Counted from the stretch's first letter, positions 22,301 through 32,200 are shown. The stretch is 51,845 nt of DNA from Promethearchaeota archaeon (GCA_048938895.1 JBHLLU010000030.1:1-51845); one strand, 5' to 3'. The notes: a model not told the origin generated them from the sequence alone. Translations and numbers: made by a program.

Positions 22301-22733
22301 ATTCTTGCTCAGATAGACTTTCTAAGGGACAACGGCAGCTTTTTAACATTATTGGAATCTTTCCTATGTATATATCCAATGTTTCTTCTGCCTCTTCTCT
22401 CTGTGTGCGTTCATCTATCGTGATAGGGGTCATTTCTAAAGTAATATCTGCAGCATAACTCAATTCTCTTATGCGGGCTTCTATCGGAGTAATCTCCATC
22501 GTAGCTCCGTCAGCTTCTCGAACTTTTGGCATTCCTACTTTAATTTTACCAAATTTAATCTTAAAACCAGGGATGTCAGGTATTACCTCCCCAGATTCGT
22601 CGACAATCGCCTGCATTTCATGCTCAATGAAATCATTATAAGAATCTAGATGTTGTCGAACAAGCCCCTTCTCATCAAAAAGACTTTTTAACACAATCCA
22701 CTTATCTTCATTAGATAATTTTTCGGTACTCAA
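19362..22733 (-). CDS. rpoB: DNA-directed RNA polymerase subunit B (unsplit Rpo2)
   Basis: GGYFIINGTERV, CPAETPEG, GDKFSSRHGQKG, GGLRFGEMERD, C-terminal zinc finger. Confidence 0.99.
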   Translation of the reverse strand: MSTEKLSNEDKWIVLKSLFDEKGLVRQHLDSYNDFIEHEMQAIVDESGEVIPDIPGFKIKFGKIKVGMPKVREADGATMEITPIEARIRELSYAADITLEMTPITIDERTQREEAEETLDIYIGKIPIMLKSCRCPLESLSEQELINRGEDPLDPGGYFIINGTERVLVTQEDLAPNRILAEEASRSSSATHQAKVFSTRSGFRAPVTIERKKDGNLRVSFPSVPGKIPLAILMRALGLHSDREIFEAISENDEIQKELIPVIDVASEIQVLKDPEKSQQNALDYIGKRVAIGQTKDYRIRRALQVLDRYLLPHIGNAEEDRIKKAYYLGQMAQKVMELALGLREPDDKDHYSNKRLKLAGELFTGLFRVAFLNLVKDIKYQLERTAVRGRAPNIKTAVRADVITERIRHALATGNWVGGKAGVSQLLNRQNHVGTLSHLRRVISPLSRSQPHFEARDLHPTQWGKICPAETPEGPNCGLVKNLGLASIISVGTDERIIENILFDLGVIPINEVKNVRGDKVKVFLNGKLVGIHQQYNPFIRQLREKRRKGEIGQHVNIGYYHDSKEIQINCDAGRATRPLFVLKNKKPLIIKEDIEKLRQNKYIWSDLVQKGVIEYLDAEEEENAYIAMFEEDVTSEHTHLEISPAAILGICASIIPFPEHNQSPRNTYEAGMVKQALGLWAANMHLRLDTRGHTLHYPQQPLVKTSPMEIIGINKRPAGQNFIIGMMSFEGFNIEDAIIINKASIERGLARSHFFRTYDAEERKYPGGEVDKFEIPERGVRGFKSAESYRLLSEEDGIIEPETQVNGGDVLIGRTSPPRFIKSYEEFELMQPNRRETSKNMRHNEKGIVDTVIISETVDGNKLVKIKVRDLRIPELGDKFSSRHGQKGVLGLVVEQSDMPFTSSGVIPDIIVNPHAMPSRMTLGQLFEGISGKIACINGKLSDATAFEWTDITELQELLVNSGFEFNGREVMYNGFTGEKYEAGIYCAPIYYQKLYHLVADKLHARARGPVQILTRQPTEGRAREGGLRFGEMERDCLVGHGSALLLKERLLDESDRTVILVCEKCGLLAVYDRNRDKRYCPVCGESTVISKVVCSYAFKLLLQEMMSLGLAPRLKLKEKI

Positions 22734-22780
22734 TTCTATTCTTCCAAAATATATAATTTTTATATTTGTTCAAAACTAAT

Positions 22781-23038
22781 TTACGCTTTTTCCTTTTTCA
22801 CATACCGATAGTAATCTATAGATCTTACTGTCGTATCTGAATCTCTGATTATTCTAATAATATCCCCCTCCTTAGCTCCGATGGCAACCGCCACTGGATC
22901 TTTTTCAAATATTTGAGGTAAATCAGTTACTTCTATTTTATATTTATCTAAGAGTTCTAAAGTTTCTTCTTTAGTTAAAAGAATATGTGGGGGAACGAAT
23001 TTATGTAATAAGACATCAATTCTTTTTTTCTTAGTCAA
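22781..23038 (-). CDS. rpoH: RNA polymerase subunit H (Rpo5); probable TTG start at 23038
   Basis: HKFVPPH, LPQIFEKDPV, GDIIRIIRDS, YYRYV; directly upstream of rpoB. Confidence 0.95.
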   Translation of the reverse strand: MTKKKRIDVLLHKFVPPHILLTKEETLELLDKYKIEVTDLPQIFEKDPVAVAIGAKEGDIIRIIRDSDTTVRSIDYYRYVKKEKA

Positions 23039-23154
23039 GGAAAAATCCTCATAAAATACGATTAATAATAAAAGAAATATAACATTTCTAAAAAATTTTA
23101 CCAATTTTTCCTATTTTATATTAAATTTTGAAGGATAAAAAGATGTTCTCTCCT

Positions 23155-23781
23155 TCATACAAACCTGAACACCCAATATCCACTTCTTTTACAAAGGATC
23201 TCGGTGATATTATTTGGATAATTTTTAGTGATATAGTCTAAAATATATGGTGCTCCCATTTTCTTTCTAATTACAAATTGAAATGAACCTTGTGGTTTCA
23301 GGTAATCAGAGATAGTATCAAATAACTTTAAGAAGTCCTTTCTACCTTGTCGTAAGGGAGGATTCATGAAAATTCCATCAAATTGTAAATTCTTCTTTTT
23401 GATTGGTTCGAAATAATTTCCCTGCAATGTGAACACATTCTTTTTTGTAATCTTTAGATTTATTTGTATATTTTCTTTAGCACACCAAATAGCACGTTTA
23501 TTAATATCGAGCAAATACACTATACTATCAGGTGATTCATAGCTTAGTACAATGCCAATAGGGCCATATCCACACCCCAAATCGAGAAAAATTCCAGGTT
23601 TCTCTGGAAGGATCATATTTTCAATTAAAACTTTAGTTCCTAGATCTATTTTACTAAAAGAGAAAACCCCGGTAATCGTTTTAAAGATATAGAGATGCCT
23701 TCTTAAGCTTTCTGAAATTGTATGAATTTTAACTTTCACATCAGGAGATTCATCAAAATAATGTTGATTATTATTAACCAT
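23155..23781 (-). CDS. Class I SAM-dependent methyltransferase (MTS/RsmC-like); probable ATG at 23781
   Basis: QHYF, GVFS...IDLGT, LDLGCGYGPIG, MNPP, SGYWV. Confidence 0.9.
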   Translation of the reverse strand: MVNNNQHYFDESPDVKVKIHTISESLRRHLYIFKTITGVFSFSKIDLGTKVLIENMILPEKPGIFLDLGCGYGPIGIVLSYESPDSIVYLLDINKRAIWCAKENIQINLKITKKNVFTLQGNYFEPIKKKNLQFDGIFMNPPLRQGRKDFLKLFDTISDYLKPQGSFQFVIRKKMGAPYILDYITKNYPNNITEILCKRSGYWVFRFV

Positions 23782-23809
23782 AATAAATAACGGTATAGAA
23801 ATACTTTCT

Positions 23810-24814
23810 CTATTTTTTTTCATTCCAACGAGGATAAACTCCTCTATTCATAAAAACCTTATCAGTTTTTACTAAGATACCTGATTTAGCTTTATAAATC
23901 TGCATAGCACTTTTTAATGAAGTGCCAAATCCAATTAACTCTTTTTTTAAAGTCATTAAAGCAACTAATATGTTAGGTTTTATTCTAGCGTCAATATAGC
24001 ATATACCAGCTGAAGCTAAATCAGCACCATGGCAAATAGCATCGACAGCCGTATCTCGAATATAGATTTTTGGTAGATGGGACACCATTTTTTCCATTGG
24101 AAAAACAATTTCTTTTAGATAGGTTTCATCATTCTCCAATTGATAAATTGTATAAGCATCTTTTAGATCTTGGAGGGTAATAAGCTTATAGTTTTCCTTA
24201 AAATTTCCTACTCTTGTTCTTCGTAATTCTAACATATGTGCTCCTGAACAAAGAGCTTCTCCAATATCAAAACAATATTTCCGAATATAGGTACCTGCTT
24301 CACACCCAATTCTAAATAAAACGTGCTTATTTTTCACTTCAATAATTTGGTTATAATATATCTCTCTTATCCTAAGTCTTCTTACTACTGAGGATTTTAA
24401 AGGAGGTCTCTGATATATTTTACCACTAAATAATTTAAATATTTTTTCAATTCTGGTACGGTTCTCGGGAGAATGTAAATAAATTATGCCAACATATTCC
24501 TTTCCAGCATTCAATAATGATGATAAAGCTCTTGTAGCTTTTCCAAGAGCACAGGGTAAAACACCTGTAACCTTTGGATCTAAAGTACCACCATGTCCTG
24601 CATTCGAAATTCCTAATATTTTACGAACCCATGATACTACCTCATGACTAGTTGGACCACTTGGTTTATCTAAATTAATTACTCCATACTGTAAATGATT
24701 AGCTATATCTCTTTTTTCTGGCTCACATCCATAATTAGGATTACTATTATCTTGTGATTTAACTAATAGCTGCTCAGGTTCATCGGAGGGTAATTTTAAT
24801 TCTATATCTTCCAT
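23810..24814 (-). CDS. cbf5: H/ACA RNA-guided pseudouridine synthase Cbf5
   Basis: LDKPSGPTSHEV, GHGGTLDPKVTG, YQRPP, GTYIRK, PUA domain. Confidence 0.97.
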   Translation of the reverse strand: MEDIELKLPSDEPEQLLVKSQDNSNPNYGCEPEKRDIANHLQYGVINLDKPSGPTSHEVVSWVRKILGISNAGHGGTLDPKVTGVLPCALGKATRALSSLLNAGKEYVGIIYLHSPENRTRIEKIFKLFSGKIYQRPPLKSSVVRRLRIREIYYNQIIEVKNKHVLFRIGCEAGTYIRKYCFDIGEALCSGAHMLELRRTRVGNFKENYKLITLQDLKDAYTIYQLENDETYLKEIVFPMEKMVSHLPKIYIRDTAVDAICHGADLASAGICYIDARIKPNILVALMTLKKELIGFGTSLKSAMQIYKAKSGILVKTDKVFMNRGVYPRWNEKK

Positions 24815-24928
24815 AATAAAAAATGTTGTGGAGAATCTTTATATATGTATAACCTTAGACATTTCATAAATATTTCTTGAAATGTAAATAGAAATTCAAT
24901 ATGAAAACAAAAATAATAAAACATTAAA

Positions 24929-25032
24929 CGGGCTATAGGGGAATTGAACCCCTGACCTTCCTTTCTATAAGAGACCATCTAATAAATTTCAGGTTAAAAG
25001 CCTGCCGCGCTACCTGCCTGCGCTAATAGCCC
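24929..25032 (-). tRNA. tRNA-Lys(UUU) with a 30-nt non-canonical intron (24958-24987, about position 44/45)
   Basis: Acceptor GGGCTAT/ATAGCCC+G, D stem GCGC/GCGC, anticodon loop CTTTTAA, T arm AGGGG-TTCAATT-CCCCT. Confidence 0.92.
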
Positions 25033-25168
25033 ATACCTATAGTTCTTTGTTTACATTTACAAAAGGTGTATGAAATAAATCAATTATAGTTTAAAAATTT
25101 TATTTTATAGAGTGTCTATCTACTGCTGATTGAATGTTTTGTAAACCAGAATTCTTAATTCAAGCTTA

Positions 25169-26182
25169 TTAATTGAAATGAGCAAAGCCATAACTTTTTA
25201 ATTCAATTTTTTTATTATCTTTCATTACATAGATATATTCTTCAGGTATAACCCTACCTATTTTAATAAGCTTTCCACCTTTTTGTTCAATCTCTTTTTT
25301 TGCCTTAGAAAAATCTTTTTCACTCAATGTAAATAAGTGAATATATTCTTCTCCTCCATTAAAAACAAGATCTTCCAAACGAATGCTAAACTCCTGAGAA
25401 TACTTAATTGCCTCATCATCAATTAAATCTTCATTAAAATCAATTTCAAATCCTATATTTGGATTAGATATCATTAAGTCCAGTAAAGATTTCGATAATC
25501 CATCAGAGGAATCAATACTTGATGTTGCCAACTTTCTTTTGGATAAAATATGTGCTTCTATCCCTGAAACCTCTGGCTCTAAAACACTTTTGATGGATCT
25601 ACTATAATTTAAAAACTGATTAGGGTCTTTTTTATGTAAGAGAATTTCAAAACCGACACCAGTTAATCCGAATTTTTTGTTAATCACTAAAATATCATCA
25701 ACTTTAATTCCTTCTCTTAAAATAATATTTGAAGGCATCTCAAAGCCAAATACTGTAGGATTTATAATAATTTCTTCTGTTTCATTAATATCTCCCCCAA
25801 TAAGTACAAGATTAAATTTTAAAGAACTATCAATTATCCCATTTATAATATCTAAGAAATTGGTTTTTTTAAGTACTTTTGGTAAACCTAAAGATATGAT
25901 GATTCCCCTGGGTTTAACTCCCTTTACTAACAAATCACTAATATTCATAATAACAGATTTCTTACCAATTTGATACGAATTCATCTGTGGTGGTACATCA
26001 GTAGAAGATACAAGCATATCTGAATTTAGAACTAAATTTTCCTTAAACTCACTCTCAGGAAGATCAAAAAAAAAAGCGTCATCTCTAATCAATAATTTTC
26101 CAGTCTTCTCTTTTACCAATTGTTCAATAATTTTTATTAATTTTAATTCTCCTAGGTTTCCTATTTGAGGATTGTCACTCAT
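25169..26182 (-). CDS. thiL: Thiamine-monophosphate kinase (probable ATG at 26182)
   Basis: LGELKLI, DDA, NISDL, IGGDIN, IDSSDGL, GGEEY. Confidence 0.9.
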   Translation of the reverse strand: MSDNPQIGNLGELKLIKIIEQLVKEKTGKLLIRDDAFFFDLPESEFKENLVLNSDMLVSSTDVPPQMNSYQIGKKSVIMNISDLLVKGVKPRGIIISLGLPKVLKKTNFLDIINGIIDSSLKFNLVLIGGDINETEEIIINPTVFGFEMPSNIILREGIKVDDILVINKKFGLTGVGFEILLHKKDPNQFLNYSRSIKSVLEPEVSGIEAHILSKRKLATSSIDSSDGLSKSLLDLMISNPNIGFEIDFNEDLIDDEAIKYSQEFSIRLEDLVFNGGEEYIHLFTLSEKDFSKAKKEIEQKGGKLIKIGRVIPEEYIYVMKDNKKIELKSYGFAHFN

Positions 26183-26250
26183 TAGATAAATTTTATAATT
26201 TTTTAACAATTATTGTTTCTGAATAAACTTATATTTTTAAAAATTACTAT

Positions 26251-26352
26251 GCCTCTGTGGCTTAGTGGTAGAGCTATTGATTCGTAATCAATTGATCACG
26301 TGATTCAAGCGATCAGATGATTCGGTCGGGGGTTCAATTCCCCCCAGAGGCT
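26251..26352 (+). tRNA. tRNA-Thr(CGU) with a 30-nt non-canonical intron (26292-26321, about position 42/43)
   Basis: Acceptor GCCTCTG/CAGAGGC+T, anticodon arm ATTGA-TTCGTAA-TCAAT, T arm GGGGG-TTCAATT-CCCCC. Confidence 0.92.
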
Positions 26353-26356
26353 CTTT

Positions 26357-27370
26357 TTATACATCTTCAGTGAAAACATATTGTTTTATTATTTGAAGGG
26401 CAAGCATGTTAAATGCATCATTTATATTTTCACCTGTTTTTGCTGAAGTTTCTATATAGGAAAGATTTAAAGTTTTAGCTAAACTCTCTCCGGTTTCAGT
26501 GGAAATCACCCTTTCTTCTTCTAAATCTATTTTATTTCCTACTAAAATTAAGGAAATTTTTGGCGATACTTCCATTATCTCATTATACCAATTTTCAACT
26601 TTATCATAAGTATCTTGACGAGTTACATCATATACTAAAATCCCAGCTTCAGCATTTGATAAATATGATTGTCTTACTCGTTTGAATTGGGCCTGTCCTG
26701 CTAGATCCCAAAGTACAAATCTTACTTTTGACTCTAAACCTTCAAAATCACATTCCTTTTTCATAATCGACGTCCCAATTGTAGATTTATAATCGGTTTG
26801 AAATGAATTTTCAACAAAACGATGTACCATACTTGTTTTTCCTACTCCTCCTTCCCCCCCTAAGATTAGTTTATAGGCATATTCTCCCGATTTAATCTTT
26901 ATTTTTTGAAGAGTATCTACTTTTCGTTCAATCTTTTCAACATTTTGTTCTGAAAAAAGTTTAGGAATCACAGGACTTACTGGTCTCCCATCAAAAATTC
27001 GAGCTATTTTTTCAGCTGCTAAATAGGCATATGGAAAAATAGGATCAACCATAGCAATTGACTCTAAAACAGTAACAAAAATCGCTTCAGATCCTGCTTC
27101 GCAAAAAATAATACGATGTTCTTCTGTATCAAATGTTCCTGTTCCAAAAGCACCTGAGCTGAACTCTTCTGTAATTCTGGTTAGAACAGGTTCCACTAAA
27201 GCGCTAACACCACCAATTACATCTTCCTCCACTTCCGTCTCTGATTCTCCTTTTAGAGCAGCCATTACCAATCCCTCTCTATTCACAATTATGGCCGCAA
27301 TCAAATTTATACCCACTTCTTGTCTATACCACTTTAATAATGCCTCTAGTTTATCTCGATCAACTGACAT
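26357..27370 (-). CDS. Roadblock/LC7 domain fused to a Rab-like small GTPase
   Basis: N-terminal AAIIVNREGLVMA roadblock pattern; C-terminal GEGGVGKT, WDLAGQ, NKID, ETSAK. Confidence 0.9.
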   Translation of the reverse strand: MSVDRDKLEALLKWYRQEVGINLIAAIIVNREGLVMAALKGESETEVEEDVIGGVSALVEPVLTRITEEFSSGAFGTGTFDTEEHRIIFCEAGSEAIFVTVLESIAMVDPIFPYAYLAAEKIARIFDGRPVSPVIPKLFSEQNVEKIERKVDTLQKIKIKSGEYAYKLILGGEGGVGKTSMVHRFVENSFQTDYKSTIGTSIMKKECDFEGLESKVRFVLWDLAGQAQFKRVRQSYLSNAEAGILVYDVTRQDTYDKVENWYNEIMEVSPKISLILVGNKIDLEEERVISTETGESLAKTLNLSYIETSAKTGENINDAFNMLALQIIKQYVFTEDV

Positions 27371-27773
27371 GAAATCACAAAGCGTTTTTAAATATAAATT
27401 AACCTAACTACAATTTTATTATTTAATATAATAAGTTTATCTTAAAAAGTTATAGAAAACGATAATCCTTCAGACTTCAAGAATTGATGATTTTATTATA
27501 ATAGAACAATAATCTCTTAGTTTTGTTAATGATATTAAATCGTTAATTTGTTAATTTGGATAATTTCTAAATAGTTTATCTAATTCTTTCTCTTCCGTCA
27601 TTTAGAGGTATTATAATTTCATAATAAGCTCACATAACCTTCTATAATTATATATTTAAACTGATAGAGTAAAGGATTTAAATGATAGTAAAATATTAAA
27701 GTCCTAAAGATTTCAATTTATCAATTAATCTTTCTAAATGAATTATTAGAAGAGAGAAAAAATAAAAAGAAAA

Positions 27774-27953
27774 GCAGGGGTAGCCAAGATTCTAGAATAG
27801 ATCTTCTAGAATTATACTAGAGAATACCTCTAAAATACTAGAATGGGAATTGGTCTACGGCGCTAGACTGAGGCTCTAGTGACATAGGTCTTCGTGGGTT
27901 CGAAAATTGAATATAGATCATATCGATCACCTTAGAAAATCCCACCTCCTGCA
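27774..27953 (+). tRNA. tRNA-Leu(GAG) with a D-loop insert (27789-27849, two nested introns) and a T-loop intron (27905-27939)
   Basis: Acceptor GCAGGGG/CTCCTGC+A, anticodon arm CTAGA-CTGAGGC-TCTAG, long variable arm, T stem GTGGG/CCCAC; removing 61+35 nt leaves an 84-nt class II tRNA. Confidence 0.9.
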
Positions 27954-28066
27954 ATATTTAAGACATTCTTTTGTATTTTCTTGTTATAATATTGAGAAAG
28001 ATCTATAATATCATCTAGTTTGTTTAATAATGATCGAAAAATAAGAAAATTAAAATTACGATATTT

Positions 28067-29269
28067 TTGGTGTTTTTTATTACAAGTGTATTAATAAATA
28101 AAGAATATGAAGCCAAAAAACATGTTGAATCACTGGCTTTTAATAGATCTGCCTCATCTACCGGAGAAACAAAGGCTATTGATTATATTGAAGAAGAATT
28201 AAGAAAAGAGAACATTGATTCTAAACGTGAATATTTTCACTGGACAGGTCCTACAAGAATCTTAATGAGAACCAGTTATTTAATTCTAATCACATATCTC
28301 CTATTATCTCGGTTAATTTTGGTAATAGTAATTTACTTTGTTATAAAACACCTATTTGAAAGAACACGGAAAATGACTTTAATAAAAAAAGAAACATCTA
28401 AAAGTATTTACGCTGAAATACCTGCAAGTAATCAAGAATCAAAAAAACCTCTCATAATTTTTTCTGCTCATTATGATTCAGTTTCAGCAAACATTCCCTT
28501 TCGGTTTCAAGTTATGATGTTTTTGATATATAGAATGATAGTTGCTTTTTATATTCTAATTGTTATTATATTTTCCATCTGGCTTACTCTTGATATTTTT
28601 AGCCTTTTTAGCCTTCCAAGTAATATTATAAATATAATTGCAATAGTCTCTTTATTTGGAATAGTAGTATCACTTCCAATACTATACCTTGTTTTTAATG
28701 AAAAACCCTCTTCATGCTCAATAGATAATGCTAGTGGTGTTGCGATATTAATTGAATTAGCTAAATTTTTCCAGAGAGATCCGTTAGAAAATTTTGATTT
28801 ACTATTTATTTGGCCTGGTGCTGAAGAATGGGGTTTAAAAGGATCCAAGAAATTTTGTGCTCAACATTTTGGTACTTTAAAAGAAAAATATGATCTAAAT
28901 AAATCTATAAATATCAATATAGATATGGTTGGGACTTATATTGGATTGTTAGATAAAGCAGGATTTCCATTAAGAAAAAAGATGAATAAAGATTATAATA
29001 ATCTTATAGAAACCACCGCAAATTCATTAGATATCCCAATTACTAGATATAATAAAATAATAGAACCAAAAAGTGACCATATAATTTTCAGGAGAAAAGC
29101 TAGAAGATTTGGGAAAAAATTTCAAACTATCTTCTTCCACTCAGATAAAGATTCTAAGTATATTCACTCTCTACGAGATACTCCCGATAAAGTTTTGCCT
29201 GAAAACTTAAATGGGTGCGTAGCAATTTGTTACCACGTTTTAAAAGATATCGACAATGGGATAGAGTAA
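28067..29269 (+). CDS. Membrane-embedded M28 family metallopeptidase
   Basis: AHYDS, DNASG, AEEWGL, NIDMVG, SDH, IHSLRD motifs with inserted TM segments. Confidence 0.88.
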   Translation: MVFFITSVLINKEYEAKKHVESLAFNRSASSTGETKAIDYIEEELRKENIDSKREYFHWTGPTRILMRTSYLILITYLLLSRLILVIVIYFVIKHLFERTRKMTLIKKETSKSIYAEIPASNQESKKPLIIFSAHYDSVSANIPFRFQVMMFLIYRMIVAFYILIVIIFSIWLTLDIFSLFSLPSNIINIIAIVSLFGIVVSLPILYLVFNEKPSSCSIDNASGVAILIELAKFFQRDPLENFDLLFIWPGAEEWGLKGSKKFCAQHFGTLKEKYDLNKSININIDMVGTYIGLLDKAGFPLRKKMNKDYNNLIETTANSLDIPITRYNKIIEPKSDHIIFRRKARRFGKKFQTIFFHSDKDSKYIHSLRDTPDKVLPENLNGCVAICYHVLKDIDNGIE

Positions 29270-29270
29270 T

Positions 29271-32200
29271 CTAGAAAAAATCTCCTAATTTATATTGCTT
29301 AATTTTGGGATTATTGGTTAAACTCTCTACATATTCTTCAATTAACTCCATCCTTTGAATTGTATATTCGTTAAGTCTAAAATCTTCGCATAGTTTTAAA
29401 GCTCTTGAGATATATTTTTCAATCCCACCGCGATTTACAGTTAAAATTATTTTATTTCCACATTTAGGGCATTTCCCCGAATTAGAAAGTGGAGGTCTTC
29501 TGTACTTTGAGTTACATTTTACGCACCTAAATGTCTGTATACTAAACTTTCTTAAATTACCTAAAATATCTGGATTGAAATGGGTGGAGAGTATTTTTTC
29601 TGCAACTTTTTTTGCATCAACCGCTCTAATCAACTTAGCTAAATGTAACTGAGCATCTATTTTCTCATCCATAGATTCATATAACTTATATGCCGTAGTT
29701 TTAGGCCCTTCATTAATATCCCTGGTGGGAATGTTAAATCCAATATTTTCGTATTGATCTGCAGTACCTAAACGATTGTTTACTAGATTCATGATATCTT
29801 CAATTTCTGATGGAGATTTATATTGTTCTGTGGCTAAATAAAATTCTAATGGGTATCGAAATGCTGTATCAACATTGTGTGCCTCTGGTTCAATTTCATT
29901 CGGATCTAAAAGAGTGCTTATTACTAAAGTCGCATCCATCCTCCCACCTATTTTATTTGGTAAATAATGTCTTGAAAAATTTAATAAAGGATCCAATAGT
30001 AACATAATACCATCTTCATCACCATCACAATTCCGTCTTTTTGAACTATGCCAGAATGGATGAGCATAGATAGACCTAGCAGGAGAAAATCCAATTATCC
30101 TTCCTATTATTCCTGCACTTGTATGTGGTGCCAAACCAACTACAAGATGGCCTATTAAGTCTTTTGGCTCATCAAAATTATAAAAAGGACTCATCTTATA
30201 AAAATATTCTAACTCATCATCTAAGAATTTGGCAACCTTAACAAAATATTGCCCACAATCTTCTGAAAGAATAACATCTTGCACCTTTATTTCAATTATT
30301 TGATCATCATACCGTAAAGGCTCACCTTTATAATCATGAGAATATCCTAATTCTTTAAGGATTTTGATAGAACTTCCAATTTCTCCTGGTTTAAAGTGTG
30401 TTATCGGGATATCAGTTGCATCGTATCTGATTTCAGCAGTTTTATAAACAAGTACATTATTTTTTGCTCTTAAAATTCCTTTCTCTAATGGTTCAGGAAC
30501 TTTAAATTGATTAGTCAAGCCATAAATACCCTTTAATTTCTTTGGTAAAGGAATCTGTAACGAGTGTAAAATTAAATTCATATGATTCTTAATATTAAAA
30601 ATTGCTTCGCTAGAGGCTACTAGCCTTCCATTACATTGAGGACATTTCTCTTCATTTTTCGGTTCACTAGGAGGATAAATCTTTTTACATTTTTCACAAA
30701 TCGAACCTAGTTCAGTATGAGTGGCGCATTTAGGACATATATTAAAGATACTTATCGTCCCGCAATTTGGACATTTCTTTCTGCATACATCTATCTTTAT
30801 TTTTTGCAGGTCAAGTGCTTTTTCTACCGTCCGTGAGCTTCCGACTTTATCACTTAAAGGAAATAGTGCATGAACACCCTTCATGCTTTTTCTCTCAGAT
30901 TTTTCTGGTCTACCCATGCGAGATCCTATGAAATGGGGTGCTTTATTTTTAATATGTATTGAGGAAATTTTAAAAAAGTAGGTAAAAATATCATCTTCTT
31001 TTTCAAATTTTATTTCTTTTTTTCCTTCAAGATTGAATATTTCAATATAAACAAGATTCCTACTCTTGCGGAATAAAATTTTGTTATCTCTTACCTTATG
31101 AACAATGAATGCCTTTTCAAGTATTTTTTTAATGCTTTCCTCATAATTTAAAACAATTTTCTTTTCTGTTGAAGAATAACCATTCAAAAAAGCCTTTCTC
31201 AAAGTAGAGAGTTCTTCAGGTGAAAGGTTCCCCCAAAAGTCTGTAAAAAAAGGGTGTAAAGGAATATTATACTCTTTAGATATCTGAATTGCCTCCTCCG
31301 CAGTTGGTTTAGATTTAAAAGGATTTTCAATTAATTCATGTAGTCTAGATTCAATCCTTCCTTCTTCTTTTAGAGCTTTCTTTAAATCTAATACCCACCA
31401 TTCTTCTACATATCCGGATGGTATCAATTTATGATTATTTTCAGTAAATTCACCAAATCCGAAAAGTATATCTCCTAAGAAAAGAACTTCTTCTATCTCA
31501 GGAAATACCTTTTTCGCCATTTTATATGAAATAACTCTGATTACATTACCATTTTTCAATTTTACAATAGGAGGTTCAATAGAACTAACAGGACAAACAC
31601 TTGTGCTCTTGCCAGGTCTCTCAATTCTTAGTTGTGTGCCAATTGCCACAAAATCATCCAAAATACCCATCGTAGCAGGATGCATGCCTCCAGCTGCTAA
31701 TCCCGTATTCCTAGAACGTCCATATCTTATCCTATGACCTCCAATTTCTGAAGGATGGCTAAACACAGGTCTCCCTGCGATAATATCAGCAACATATTTA
31801 AAATTTGGTGCAATATAGGATTTTTCGTCCGTCTTTTTATTATCCATATCTATTAATTCCTCCTTGGATGCTTCTTTCTGTGCTATTTTTTTCAGTTCAG
31901 CAAGCCAATCCCATCCTTCTAACTTCATAGATTTCGCAATTTTTAACAATTTGGGGGCTTTCAATAAGATACCATCGTTTAATACAAGACACGCTCCACC
32001 CCTAATATTATTTGTCTCAATTCTGGGTAAATCTCTAAAAGCAGATACTTCCTCAACTTCAGTTGAATCACCATTAATTTCAATTGGTAAATTTTTTACA
32101 GCGTACCTTATCTCACGGTTAGAAGATGGGTATTGTAAATGAACATTTCTGTCATAAAGCTTTACTTCTTCTACATATCTTCCTATTTCTGCTTCTGTAG

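Noticed and set aside
24640-24680. Crenarchaeal-type intron in cbf5
   Set aside because: The frame through LDKPSGPTSHEV and the catalytic GTLD region is continuous, with no insert.
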